This document shows, piece by piece, positions 1 through 8,941 of a stretch of 32,000 nt of DNA. The stretch's first letter is position 1; every line of letters starts with the position of its first letter. This DNA is from Pirellula staleyi DSM 6068. GTDB lineage: Bacteria; Planctomycetota; Planctomycetia; Pirellulales; Pirellulaceae. A program made the translations under genes and the position numbers. Below the pieces are notes generated by a model that searched no databases, was not told the DNA's origin, and saw only the letters and a program-made list of their open reading frames with translations. The DNA is taken from contig CP001848.1 of NCBI GenBank assembly GCA_000025185.1, positions 5,130,001-5,162,000 of the forward strand, given 5' to 3'.

Positions 1-933
1 CAGTTCGCTCCACGAATCGCTCCCTTAGTAGACGCCTCACGCGTCCGTAAGGTTCTTTCGAAATCCCTGCCTGCGAAGCGATTCGTCGATTTTGTCCAAC
101 AATTTGCCCCTGGATCACCGCCTGCCGACCCAAGAGCGAAGGGGGCACCAAGCCACCACTGCTGATGCGATCGGCCAATTCTCGTAGCACCTGCTTCACC
201 GAGTCAGAACGTGCACTTTCCTAAGTCGCTTTCGGGCTGCGACTTCCACCCGAAATGTGGTTCCATCGGTTATCTCCGATCTTGAAGCGCCGCTGAACCA
301 CCGTGACTGGTTACGTCTCAGCAAAAGTGCATGCATAGAGAGATGCGGTGACGGGACGGACCCGCCTCAAAAAACCGCGACTCGACACGGCCACTCGCAC
401 CTCTCTCTAGGTGGACATTTGGCCAACCATGTTACACCAAATGGCAATATTCTCGCCTTCGAGGGTCGAGCCACACGACAAGACTGATCCATTACCGCAC
501 ACCTGGCAGACCTTAAGTGCGGTCGAGGGGTGAAAATTTCGCACTAACGTCCATCTATCAACCCGTAGCACTTGGAGCGTTAGAACGACAGATGTAAACT
601 GCACGTAGAAGCGATTGAGTGAGAATTTTTCCTTACAAAAACCCCTCCAAATGAGTTGACTGGCTCCTCGTTAGAGCCACAACCAAACCACTTGAGAGCA
701 GGGAGCAAGGAAAGAACTGAGTGCACGCTTAATCGACGACTGGTTCCAGTAACTTGGAGCAGCTGAATCGAGCTGGCACTCCGGGCAGTCAATACAGTCT
801 GCATAGTGTGTGTGCAATTTTTAGCACGCTTCCACGTTAGGTCAGATGATTTGCAAGGTCGGATCGATTCGCGGCGGGATTGCCGCGGCTCGTGTCGGTG
901 GTGAAGGGAACTCCATACGGGAATCGTAAGAAT

Positions 934-1569
934 ATGGCGATCGGCGTGCTGGTGATCGACGACCAGGAAGTTGTCAGGCTTGGACTCGCGCAGTTGCTGA
1001 CCGGAACTCCGCTCGAAGTAGTAGCCGAGGCTGCCACCATCGATCAGGGCCTACGTTTGCTCGACAACCCAGGCATTGCACTCGCGCTGGTCGATGTGCG
1101 GCTGGCGGGTGGTGAAGATGGCCTCGCGGGACTTGGTCGCTTGAAACATGCCAAGCCGAGCTTGCCGGTGGTGATGTTCAGTGCTTTTGAGAACCCGACC
1201 TACATTGCCCGTGCCTTCGCTCTCGGAGCTGCTGGCTTCATTCCGAAGGGAATGCCCCGCGAAGATCTGATTGCCGCTCTCGAAACGGCCGGCAACAAGC
1301 AAACACTATGGAAGCGCGATCAGCTGCGACGCGTGAGCTCGGCTTTGGCCGCAGCCCGTATCGATCAGCAGATCGAGGCCCCGCTGACCCAGCGTGAAGG
1401 GGAAGTGCTGAAGCATGTTTGCTCGGGTCGCACGAATCAGCAAATCGCCGAGCTTTTGGGGATCAGCTACGAGACGGTGAAAGAGCACGTCCAGCATTTG
1501 CTTGAAAAGATCGGGGTCGCCGACCGCACGCAGGCTGCCATTTGGGCCGTTCGTGCTGGTTTGGCTTAA
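934..1569 (+). CDS. NarL/FixJ (LuxR)-family response regulator with no kinase adjacent
   Basis: ORF 880..1569. Receiver domain features: VLVIDDQEVVRLGL, acceptor-like Asp in LALVDVRL, Lys in FIPKG. C-terminal LuxR-type HTH: LTQREGEVLKHVCSGRTNQQIAELLGISYETVKEHVQHLLEKIGV. The ORF track starts at TTG 880; the first ATG at 934 gives the typical MAIGVLVIDD N-terminus. Confidence 0.9.
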   Translation: MAIGVLVIDDQEVVRLGLAQLLTGTPLEVVAEAATIDQGLRLLDNPGIALALVDVRLAGGEDGLAGLGRLKHAKPSLPVVMFSAFENPTYIARAFALGAAGFIPKGMPREDLIAALETAGNKQTLWKRDQLRRVSSALAAARIDQQIEAPLTQREGEVLKHVCSGRTNQQIAELLGISYETVKEHVQHLLEKIGVADRTQAAIWAVRAGLA

Positions 1570-1732
1570 TTAACCCACCACCACTTCTTGGGGCTTCGAT
1601 CGCGCGGTGATTCTTGCCGCGCGACACCTGGCGCGCTACATTCCACAGCCCCGACGACTGCCGGTCACTTGATCGGCGCGATTCGGCCTCCCTGGAACAC
1701 CATTCTCTTGCGCCCAGAAGAAACCTGCCCGC

Positions 1733-3085
1733 ATGGCCCCCTCGACCGACATCCGCATCCGCTCCGTCTCGTTCGATCGCGAGCGTATTGGCTATCGCAG
1801 CCCCATCAAGTTTGGCGGACGCGTGGTCACCGATGCGGTTCTGTTCAACGTCCGCTTGGAGGTGGAAACGCGCAACGGCATTGTTGGCCAAGGTCTCGGC
1901 AGCATGCCGATGGGAAACGTGTGGGCCTGGCCTTCGAATGTGGTGTCGACCGAGCAAACGCTCGCCGCGTTGCTTCGTTTTGCAGAACTGGCAACACTCG
2001 CAGCCGAGAAACTCGGCACCTATGCGCACCCGCTCGATCTGACTCGCGCACTGGCCGCTGATCACGCAGCCATCGCCCAGCAAGTGGAGACGGAACTCGC
2101 CCTCGCCGAGCCGATGCCGGTGCTCGCACAGCTGGTCGCAGCTAGTCCACTCGAAGCAGCAATTCACGACGCCCAGGGGAAAGCCCTGAAGCAAAACTCG
2201 TACAACTTGCTCGGCAAAGAATTCTGTAGCCACGATCTGGCGCACTATCTCTCACCGGAGTTTGCCGGGGAATATCTCGACCGTTATACGTCGCGACAGC
2301 CGCAGGCCAAGATGCCGCTGTATCACCTGGTCGGTGCTCTCGATCCGCTAACGTTCGACGATGTGGTGCAGCAGATCAGCGATGGCCTGCCAGAGACACT
2401 CGGGGAGTGGATCGTGACCGATGGTCTAACGCATCTGAAGATCAAGCTCAACGGCGACGATTTGGCGTGGGATGTGGCACGCGTGGTTGCAATCGAAAAA
2501 GTCGCCGCCACGACACAAGCGACACTCGGCGTCACGAAATGGAACTATTCGCTCGATTTCAACGAGCGCTGCGCGCATGTTGATTATCTGCTCGAATTCT
2601 TGCGAAAAGTCGAGGAATTGTCTCCCGCAGCGATGTCGCGCGTTCAGTATATCGAACAGCCGACGCATCGCGATTTGCGCAAGCATCCCGAGAATAAAAT
2701 GCATGCGGTCGCGAAAATCAAACCGGTTGTGATCGATGAATCGCTCGTCGATTTCGAAAGCCTGCTGCTGGCGCAAGAGCAGGGGTATAGCGGCGTGGCT
2801 CTCAAGGCCTGTAAAGGACACACCGAGGCGCTGCTGATGGGGGCTGCGGCTCAAAAACATGGCCTGTTTCTGTGCGTGCAAGATCTCAGCTGTCCGGGCT
2901 ATTCGTTCCTACATTCGGCGAGTCTCGCGGCACGTATTCCGACGATCGCCGCCATCGAAGGAAACGGTCGACAATACTGCCCAGCAGGGAACGAGTTGCT
3001 GGGGAATGTCTATCCCAGCATGTTCCACATCACCGATGGAACGGTAGGAACCGGCGTGCTCGACGGCATTGGCCTCGGCTTCTAG
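1733..3085 (+). CDS. Enolase-superfamily enzyme (mandelate racemase/muconate lactonizing enzyme-like), substrate unknown
   Basis: 450-aa ORF with ATG start. Ordered motifs resemble the MLE subgroup: KxK (THLKIKLNG), metal ligands D (SLDFNE), E (YIEQP), D (VVIDES), and a second Lys (ALKACKG). It is longer than typical family members. Assigned by eye only. Confidence 0.6.
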   Translation: MAPSTDIRIRSVSFDRERIGYRSPIKFGGRVVTDAVLFNVRLEVETRNGIVGQGLGSMPMGNVWAWPSNVVSTEQTLAALLRFAELATLAAEKLGTYAHPLDLTRALAADHAAIAQQVETELALAEPMPVLAQLVAASPLEAAIHDAQGKALKQNSYNLLGKEFCSHDLAHYLSPEFAGEYLDRYTSRQPQAKMPLYHLVGALDPLTFDDVVQQISDGLPETLGEWIVTDGLTHLKIKLNGDDLAWDVARVVAIEKVAATTQATLGVTKWNYSLDFNERCAHVDYLLEFLRKVEELSPAAMSRVQYIEQPTHRDLRKHPENKMHAVAKIKPVVIDESLVDFESLLLAQEQGYSGVALKACKGHTEALLMGAAAQKHGLFLCVQDLSCPGYSFLHSASLAARIPTIAAIEGNGRQYCPAGNELLGNVYPSMFHITDGTVGTGVLDGIGLGF

Positions 3086-3101
3086 TGCGAGTCGCAAAAT
3101 A

Positions 3102-3923
3102 CTAAGCTCGCGGTGCAGCGCTCAAGCGAATCTTACGCTGCAGCAGAACTCCACCGATAACGGCCAGCGTCAGTCCAACGCCTCCGATAATCGGCACGAA
3201 CTCGCACAGAAATACGATCGCCCCGAGACCAATCGCGTGCGCATTGTGACGCGTCGCCCGGGCATATTGGGTCCAGCGTGGCGCGCCGCGAAGAGCCCAC
3301 GCCAAACCAAAATAGTCGACTCCCATCACCCAGCACGTCAGCACGGTCCCGAGCACAATGGCCACGATCGTGCCGACGATCGGAATAAATGCGACGGCGA
3401 TGAGCGCAATGTTCAAGACGAGCAACACCAAAAAACTAAGGAGCGCGCCGAGCGTTTCGTAGATGAAACTTGCGCCACGCAGTTCCGCTGCGGGTGTGCC
3501 GAGCGACTCCTCGACGCGCATCGCCAGCACGCCAAACAGATAGCCACAAAAGAGTGCCGAAAAAAGCTTCCAGACCATCGCCGCCACTAGCAGCAAGAGC
3601 AGATAAACCAGCACCACAAGGATGACATTGCCGATGTACCCCAACGCAGCGAGCGATTTCCACTCAGTGCTGCTGTAATCGGGCAGAGTCGAGGTGATTT
3701 CAGCGGCGTAGTGCAAGTAGCCCCACAGGACCAAGATCGTGAGCACGATGTTGACCAGTGTCGGCAGCACGGCCCACTTCCAAAGTGGTGTGTGTCGACG
3801 CAAATAGCCGGCCCCATGCCAGAAGGTCGCGAACCCTTCGCCGAGTTGCCCAAGCGATGTTGCTGCGACAGGTCGCTCGTGCCAGACGGTTGGCAGATCA
3901 GCGTATCGATTCAAGGTGTTCAC
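3102..3923 (-). CDS. Multi-pass membrane protein, EI24/CysZ-like
   Basis: 273-aa ORF with GTG start. It has several long hydrophobic segments (e.g. LVNIVLTILVLWGYL, VILVVLVYLLLLLVAAMVW, LLSFLVLLVLNIALIAVAFIPIVGTIVAIVLG). Overall layout resembles EI24/CysZ-family proteins. That it is coding is likely; the family call is tentative. Confidence 0.5.
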   Translation of the reverse strand: MNTLNRYADLPTVWHERPVAATSLGQLGEGFATFWHGAGYLRRHTPLWKWAVLPTLVNIVLTILVLWGYLHYAAEITSTLPDYSSTEWKSLAALGYIGNVILVVLVYLLLLLVAAMVWKLFSALFCGYLFGVLAMRVEESLGTPAAELRGASFIYETLGALLSFLVLLVLNIALIAVAFIPIVGTIVAIVLGTVLTCWVMGVDYFGLAWALRGAPRWTQYARATRHNAHAIGLGAIVFLCEFVPIIGGVGLTLAVIGGVLLQRKIRLSAAPRA

Positions 3924-4062
3924 TCGTGCTGTTTACAAAAAAGGATCGATTAGGGGCTACTATTTCTTCGCTGGCAGGGGGCAAGTCTTGCCGCGCGAGC
4001 GAGCCGATATCGGTCTATAATACTCTGCTGATTCAACGTGCCACCGCAGCGCAGCATTCACT

Positions 4063-5214
4063 ATGCCCCACGACGAGCCACTTGCTATTCTCGGCGGACA
4101 GCCCGCTGTTACTCTCGCTGCAGCGAAATGGCCCGGCACGAGCGCGAGCGTACAACGCTCGATTCTTCAGCTGCTCGAGCAAGGTGAGTGGGGGAGTTAC
4201 ACCGGCGCAGTTTCCGACGAACTTGCCTCCAAGATGGCCGCGCTATCGTCGCATTCGCAAGCGATTTTGGTCTCATCGGGAACGATCGCTGTGGAACTGG
4301 CGCTTCGGGGTTTGCTGCTCAATCCTGGGGAGGAAGTGATTCTGGCGGGCTACGATTTTCCTGGGAACTTTCGCGCTATCGAAGCGGTCGGTGCCGTGCC
4401 AGTGCTGGTCGATACCATCCGTAGCGGCTGGACACTCGATCCCCAGCTAGTAGCTTCAGCCGGCTCTGAAAAAACGCGCGCGGTGATTGCCTCGCATCTG
4501 CATGGGACACTCGCCGACATGCGAACCATTCGCTCCGTTTGCGACGCCCATCAATGGCATCTGGTCGAAGATTGCTGTCAGGTTCCTGGCGCAACAATGG
4601 CAGGCCAACCGGTCGGAAAGTTCGGCCACGTGAGCGTCTGGAGCTTTGGCGGCAGCAAGCTGCTTTCAGCAGGGCGGGGAGGAGCGATTGCCAGCTCGAG
4701 CGAAGAAATCTTGGCCCGAATTCGCACCTTCAGCTATCGCGGCAACGAAGCCTTTCCACTCAGCCAGTTGCAAGCGGCTGCTGTGCTTCCGCAGCTCGAC
4801 GAGCTCCCTGCACTCACGCAAAAACGTCACGCATCGGCAACGTATTTGCTTTCACTTTTAGCCGACGAACCTGCACTTGTCGCGCCGCAAGTCAGCGACT
4901 TGGATGTGCCAGCCTACTACAAACTTGCCTGGCACTTAGCCGACGAATGGCCTGCCGAAATGCGCCCGGCGATCATCCGCGCGCTACAGGCCGAGGGAAT
5001 CGCCATCGACGAAGGATTTCGAGGATTTGCGAAACGGTCGAGTCGTCGCTGTCGCGTGGCGACTTCTGTGGCCAGCGCCGCGCGATCAGCCGATCGCACA
5101 CTCGTGCTCCATCATCCAGCTTTGCTACAATCGCACAACTTCCTCGAGCAAATCGCGCACGGCATCAAGAAAGTGTTTTGCGCGATGAGGCGTGGGGACT
5201 GGCCACCCCGATAG
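4063..5214 (+). CDS. DegT/DnrJ/EryC1/StrS-family PLP-dependent aminotransferase
   Basis: 383-aa ORF. It shows family-typical segments: ILGGQP, SSGTIAVELALRGL, VILAGYDFPG, HLHGTLADM, and a PLP-Lys context WSFGGSKLLSAGRGG. Confidence 0.8.
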   Translation: MPHDEPLAILGGQPAVTLAAAKWPGTSASVQRSILQLLEQGEWGSYTGAVSDELASKMAALSSHSQAILVSSGTIAVELALRGLLLNPGEEVILAGYDFPGNFRAIEAVGAVPVLVDTIRSGWTLDPQLVASAGSEKTRAVIASHLHGTLADMRTIRSVCDAHQWHLVEDCCQVPGATMAGQPVGKFGHVSVWSFGGSKLLSAGRGGAIASSSEEILARIRTFSYRGNEAFPLSQLQAAAVLPQLDELPALTQKRHASATYLLSLLADEPALVAPQVSDLDVPAYYKLAWHLADEWPAEMRPAIIRALQAEGIAIDEGFRGFAKRSSRRCRVATSVASAARSADRTLVLHHPALLQSHNFLEQIAHGIKKVFCAMRRGDWPPR

Positions 5215-5281
5215 AGTTTTTTTGTCAGCTGCTTGCGAGCACTCGCTCTGCAATCCACCTCTCCCAAGTTACGCTTTCATC

Positions 5282-5980
5282 ATGCATTTCTTGATTACCA
5301 ACGACGATGGCATTGGCGCTCATGGCATCAACGCCTTGATCGAGGCCGCTCGCGAACTTGGCGAAGTGACGGTCGTTGCTCCCGATCGACATCTCTCGGG
5401 GTGCGGCCATCAAACGACCACTGATCGCCCACTAACCGCCACGCAAGTGCGGCCGGGAGAATTCGCGGTCGACGGTACACCCGCCGACTGTGTGCGAGTT
5501 GCCGTTTTGAAGCTGGTGCCCAAGATCGACTGGGTTTTGTCGGGCATCAACGAAGGTGGAAACCTGGGAGTTGATGTCTATATGTCGGGAACGGTGGCAG
5601 CAGCACGCGAAGCGATGCTTCTCGGCTTACCAGCCATTGCGCTTTCGCAATATCGCAAGCGGGGCCATGCCGCCGATTGGAAACGATCGACCCGCTGGGC
5701 CATCGAAACGATTTCGCAGCTGATTCGGATGCAGCCACCCGAACATGCGTTTTGGAACGTCAATTTTCCTGACGGCGAGCTGCTGAAAGAGCCCGACACG
5801 CTGCAATGCTTACTCGAACCGCATCCGCTGCCAATTGCATTCGACGAGCGCGATGGATCGTTTGTTTACCGCTCGAACTATCACGAGCGACCTCGTGCCG
5901 ACGGCTCGGATGTCGACTGCTGCTTCAGTGGCAACATCGCCATCACACGCGTTCCGCACTATCGCTACTTGCCGAAATAG
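5282..5980 (+). CDS. surE: 5'/3'-nucleotidase SurE
   Basis: ATG at 5282 gives MHFLITNDDGIGAHGINALIEAARELGEVTVVAPDRHLSGCGHQTT, the canonical SurE N-terminus (NDDG, APDR..SG). The ORF track starts upstream at 5192, but that extension is not protein-like. Confidence 0.9.
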   Translation: MHFLITNDDGIGAHGINALIEAARELGEVTVVAPDRHLSGCGHQTTTDRPLTATQVRPGEFAVDGTPADCVRVAVLKLVPKIDWVLSGINEGGNLGVDVYMSGTVAAAREAMLLGLPAIALSQYRKRGHAADWKRSTRWAIETISQLIRMQPPEHAFWNVNFPDGELLKEPDTLQCLLEPHPLPIAFDERDGSFVYRSNYHERPRADGSDVDCCFSGNIAITRVPHYRYLPK

Positions 5981-6178
5981 CGATTGCTTGCCGAAATAAA
6001 TCGTCTTCAGGTGCCTCACGCAGCGTACCAACAAGCTTACCCCACTACTGAAAATCACCTGCGTGATTCAGCATACTGGTGGCGTTTATAACGCTCGGCA
6101 TCGCGCCTGCATCTGGCGGGGAAGACGTCCGAAGTCTTGGCGACTTCAAGGCGATACCGAGCTGCTGCAATAGACGAT

Positions 6179-6514
6179 TTACTTGGCCAGGCGAGGCGTT
6201 GCATCGCTTCTTGTGCGAGCCACGCGACCAGCCAGCGGAGTGTTGCCCCGCACAGGAGTTCGCTCGGCTGAACGAACCGCAGCTGGGTCAAACGGAACCG
6301 TTGCGTGATCGTCGGCTTCGCTGGCAACTACTTCAGCGGATGCCTCAGGCAGCTCCACTTCGAATTGCAGTTCGCCACGAATCACACGCACATCGCTGGG
6401 AGCTTCGATGCCAAGGGTCACACGGTTGCCAGCAACTTTGCTGACCACCACTGTGATGTTGCCACCGATCACCAACTTTTCGCCAACCTTGCGACTGAGA
6501 ACGAGTATGACCAT
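6179..6514 (-). CDS. csrA: Carbon storage regulator CsrA with a ~55-aa C-terminal extension
   Basis: MVILVLSRKVGEKLVIGGNITVVVSKVAGNRVTLGIEAPSDVRVIRGEL aligns by eye with the CsrA consensus (LTRRVGETLMIG..VTV....GNQVRIGVNAP.EV.V.REEI). The start is ambiguous: ATG 6514 is directly abutted by AAGGAGGA, and an in-frame ATGATG lies at 6553. Confidence 0.85.
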   Translation of the reverse strand: MVILVLSRKVGEKLVIGGNITVVVSKVAGNRVTLGIEAPSDVRVIRGELQFEVELPEASAEVVASEADDHATVPFDPAAVRSAERTPVRGNTPLAGRVARTRSDATPRLAK

Positions 6515-7017
6515 TCCTCCTTGATTGGGGGCTGAACTTCTCCAACCCATCACAACTTTGTTGCCGAACTGTTGCTCTCTTCACGCGACCGGCAAGTCTT
6601 TGCCGATCACAAAATCCGCTTTTGTCGGCAGATTCATTCAAGTGTGAAGCGTATAAAGCAACATTCGGGCCGATGGGCCAGAACTTAACTAAAAAGGACG
6701 AGAAACCACGAAAAAGGTTCAAAACTCCCTGAAAATCGACGATTTATGCCCAGGCCTGCCGCTAGCAACCCCTCATTTTGAGACGCTAGCACTTCTCGTT
6801 TTGAGACTCTTGTCTCAACTTTAGAAGCAGAATCGAACAAACCTCTCCAGGAAGCTTCCCTCGACTGCCGCTTTATCATGCCGCGGTGCTGGGACACGTT
6901 TGGTCACGTTCGAGCTTGATCGCAGAAAAAAATCTCTCTACCGTGACACTTTTGATCAAGTCGCGCGCACTGCTCGCGCAACTCCGCACGCTAGCACCTC
7001 GCCATCACCTGCCAAGG

Positions 7018-8031
7018 ATGTCACCTATGATCGTTTCGCGATTCCTGCTTGCTGGTCTCCTCACCGTTTCACTCGCTGCTGTCACTACCCCTGCGGCGGC
7101 ACAAGAGCAGCAGCCAGTTGCCGAAGCCAGCCTCGACACGATCCTGCAGCAAGCGGCCCGGCATGCTCAGCGCGACGAATCGACGCAAGCGATCGCCCTC
7201 TTCACACAAGCCATCAAGGTCGACCCGAAACTTTCGCTCGCTTACTACCTGCGTGGCCGCGAAAACTTTTGCATCGGCAAAGTCGATGAAAGCGTCGCCG
7301 ATTTCGATAAGCATGTCGAACTCTCGCCCGATGCGGAGTCGCGTCAGTGGGAGCGGGGCATTTCCTACTACTACGCTGGCGAGTTCGCCAAAGGTGCCAA
7401 GCAGTTCGAGCTCTATCAAACCTATCACGATCAAGACGTCGAAAACTCCGCCTGGCGCTACCTCTGCGTCGCCAAAGTCGATGGCGTGGAGAAAGCTCGC
7501 GAGTCGATGCTGCCGATTGAGAACGACAGCCGCATCCCGATGATGGAGATCTACAAACTCTATCGCGGTGAGCTCAAGCCCGAAGATGTTATGCAGGCTG
7601 TGAAGCGCGGTAATCCACCTGCCGAAGCGATCAACAATCGCCTGTTCTACGCCCACCTCTATATCGGCCTCTGGTACGAAGTCGCTGGCGAAACCACCAA
7701 CGCTCGCCTGCACATCACCGAAGCCGAGAAGCACAAGATTGGGCACTACATGTGGGATGTGGCCCACGTACACGCTGAAAAACTTCGCGCCGCTCAGGCC
7801 GCTGCTGAATCGGCGGAGCCCGCTGCCGAAACCAATCCCGCCTCCCAACCAGCAGCAGAACCAGCGCCCGTCAAGCCTGCAGCCGAAACACCCGCTGGCA
7901 CTGTTCCTTCGCTGGAATCGCCAGCACTCGCGCCTCCTGCGAGTGTGAACCTCCCCCCCAAAACACCACGCACCGCCTCGCGGCTGCGTCCCATCACCCC
8001 CGAACTTGCCGAGCCACCGATGGCCCGTTAG
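7018..8031 (+). CDS. Secreted NlpI-like TPR protein with a Pro/Ala-rich C-terminal tail
   Basis: ATG 7018 gives the signal peptide MSPMIVSRFLLAGLLTVSLAAVTTPAAAQE. The body resembles E. coli NlpI by eye: RGISYYYAGEF vs RGIALYYGG; YQTYHDQDVENSAWRYL vs FYQDDPNDPFRSLWLYL; LFYAHLYIGLWY vs NFYLGKYY. There is no lipobox Cys. The tail has three ~9-aa xPAAExxPx repeats. Confidence 0.65.
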   Translation: MSPMIVSRFLLAGLLTVSLAAVTTPAAAQEQQPVAEASLDTILQQAARHAQRDESTQAIALFTQAIKVDPKLSLAYYLRGRENFCIGKVDESVADFDKHVELSPDAESRQWERGISYYYAGEFAKGAKQFELYQTYHDQDVENSAWRYLCVAKVDGVEKARESMLPIENDSRIPMMEIYKLYRGELKPEDVMQAVKRGNPPAEAINNRLFYAHLYIGLWYEVAGETTNARLHITEAEKHKIGHYMWDVAHVHAEKLRAAQAAAESAEPAAETNPASQPAAEPAPVKPAAETPAGTVPSLESPALAPPASVNLPPKTPRTASRLRPITPELAEPPMAR

Positions 8032-8072
8032 GTTGATTGGGCTTCGTCACCCAATAGCCTCGCGAACTTGCC

Positions 8073-8858
8073 ATGACACGCCCCACCCCCGAGCCGGTCG
8101 ACACCTCGAAGCTGGCGGAACTTGCTCTGGCGACGATGGAGCGGGCCAAGTTTCCGATGCTCGCGACGATCGATGGCGATCAGCCTCGCGTGCGTCCTGT
8201 TTCGCCCGTCCTCACGCAGGGCTTCATGGTCTACATCGCTAATTTGCGGATGTATGCCAAAACAGCTCAGATCGCCACCAATCCGCGCGTGGAGCTTTGC
8301 TACCTCGATGCCGACCATCATCAGGTCCGCATCACCGCCGAAGCGGAAGTGCTCGACGATCGCGACTTGCTCGAGCAGATCTGGGAGAGCCAGCCTCTTC
8401 TGCGATCGTATCTCGGCAGCATCGACAACCCGCAGCTGATCATCTACCGCTGCACGCCCCTCCAAGTTCGCTACATGCGCGAGTGGGCCATGGAGTATTT
8501 TGACGTCTCGCAACTGGCACGACTCAAAACGACCGACGAGCAAATCGAGGCCGCGCTGCTGGAAGTGCTCGACGATATTAGCCCGCCCGACTACGGCATC
8601 ACCGATCCCTTCGACATCAACTTGATGTTCGTCCGCACCGCCGGTGTTTTGCGCCTCGCACTGGAAAAACTAGGCTGCATCGCCGACCCTTCGCACGAAA
8701 TCGCCATCGCCAATTCTGGCCGCGAAACACCTGACGTCAGCCGCGTCTATCTCACGCTGCAAAAGCTCGTCCACGCCGGCCGCACCCTCGGCCGCGGCGA
8801 CTGGCAAACCCTCGCCGGCCCCCGCTACACCGAATGCCGCAAGGGAGTGGAGAAATAG
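8073..8858 (+). CDS. Pyridoxamine-5'-phosphate-oxidase-like (FMN-binding split-barrel) protein with a ~110-aa C-terminal region of unknown function
   Basis: The N-terminal ~150 aa (FPMLATIDGDQPRVRPVSPV...FMVYIANLRMYAKTAQIATNPRVELCY...VRITAEAEVLDD) looks like the PNPOx-like family. Residues ~150-261 have no motif I recognise. Confidence 0.6.
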   Translation: MTRPTPEPVDTSKLAELALATMERAKFPMLATIDGDQPRVRPVSPVLTQGFMVYIANLRMYAKTAQIATNPRVELCYLDADHHQVRITAEAEVLDDRDLLEQIWESQPLLRSYLGSIDNPQLIIYRCTPLQVRYMREWAMEYFDVSQLARLKTTDEQIEAALLEVLDDISPPDYGITDPFDINLMFVRTAGVLRLALEKLGCIADPSHEIAIANSGRETPDVSRVYLTLQKLVHAGRTLGRGDWQTLAGPRYTECRKGVEK

Positions 8859-8941
8859 GCAGATACGACAAACCACAACTACAAAACCAAGACCAGCCGC
8901 GCTCGCAACACTATTCGAAGAGTTGATTAGGTCACAATCTC

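Noticed and set aside
1-223. Edge-truncated open frames. On the minus strand, a frame is open from a GTG at 199 down to position 2 (VKQVLRELADRISSGG...). On the plus strand, a frame is open from 1 to a TGA at 163-165 (..FVDFVQQFAPGSPPADPRAKG..).
   Set aside because: They are mutually antisense. Both have third-position G+C of only ~50%, versus ~65% in confident genes here. Neither shows a motif I recognise. I cannot tell which, if either, is real without the upstream sequence.
774-789. Sigma-54-like TGGCAC element
   Set aside because: The -12 element is missing: the sequence is TGGCAC-TCCGG-GCAG, not TGGCAC-N5-TTGC.
880-933. N-terminal extensions implied by ORF-track starts (880, 5192, 6886, 10453, 10567, 13667, 15364, 18096, 21200, 26212, 30838)
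   Set aside because: These upstream alternative starts add non-protein-like sequence or overlap the preceding gene. Internal ATGs give canonical N-termini or signal peptides, so I used those.
5194-5223. Terminator-like element at the DegT stop: GGGG-N8-CCCC followed by T7
   Set aside because: The stem is only 4 bp and the T-run starts 7 nt after it, so it is not a convincing intrinsic terminator. surE may be co-transcribed.
4539-5294. 251-aa alternative-frame ORF on the same strand as the DegT gene. 20779-21645 likewise spans the sulfatase/esterase junction.
   Set aside because: These are out-of-frame shadows of well-supported genes, with Arg/Ser-rich translations.
7069-7848. 259-aa antisense ORF within the NlpI-like gene. 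The same class includes 1463-2245, 3069-3590, 9614-10396, 12460-13125, 13910-14590, 18714-19502, 25370-26125, 26329-27063 and 30714-31565.
   Set aside because: All overlap better-supported genes on the opposite strand and translate to low-complexity, motif-free sequence.
8036-8055. Hairpin ATTGGG-N8-CCCAAT between the NlpI-like and PNPOx-like genes
   Set aside because: It is a short 6-bp stem with no U-tract, consistent with chance. It is kept only as a note.
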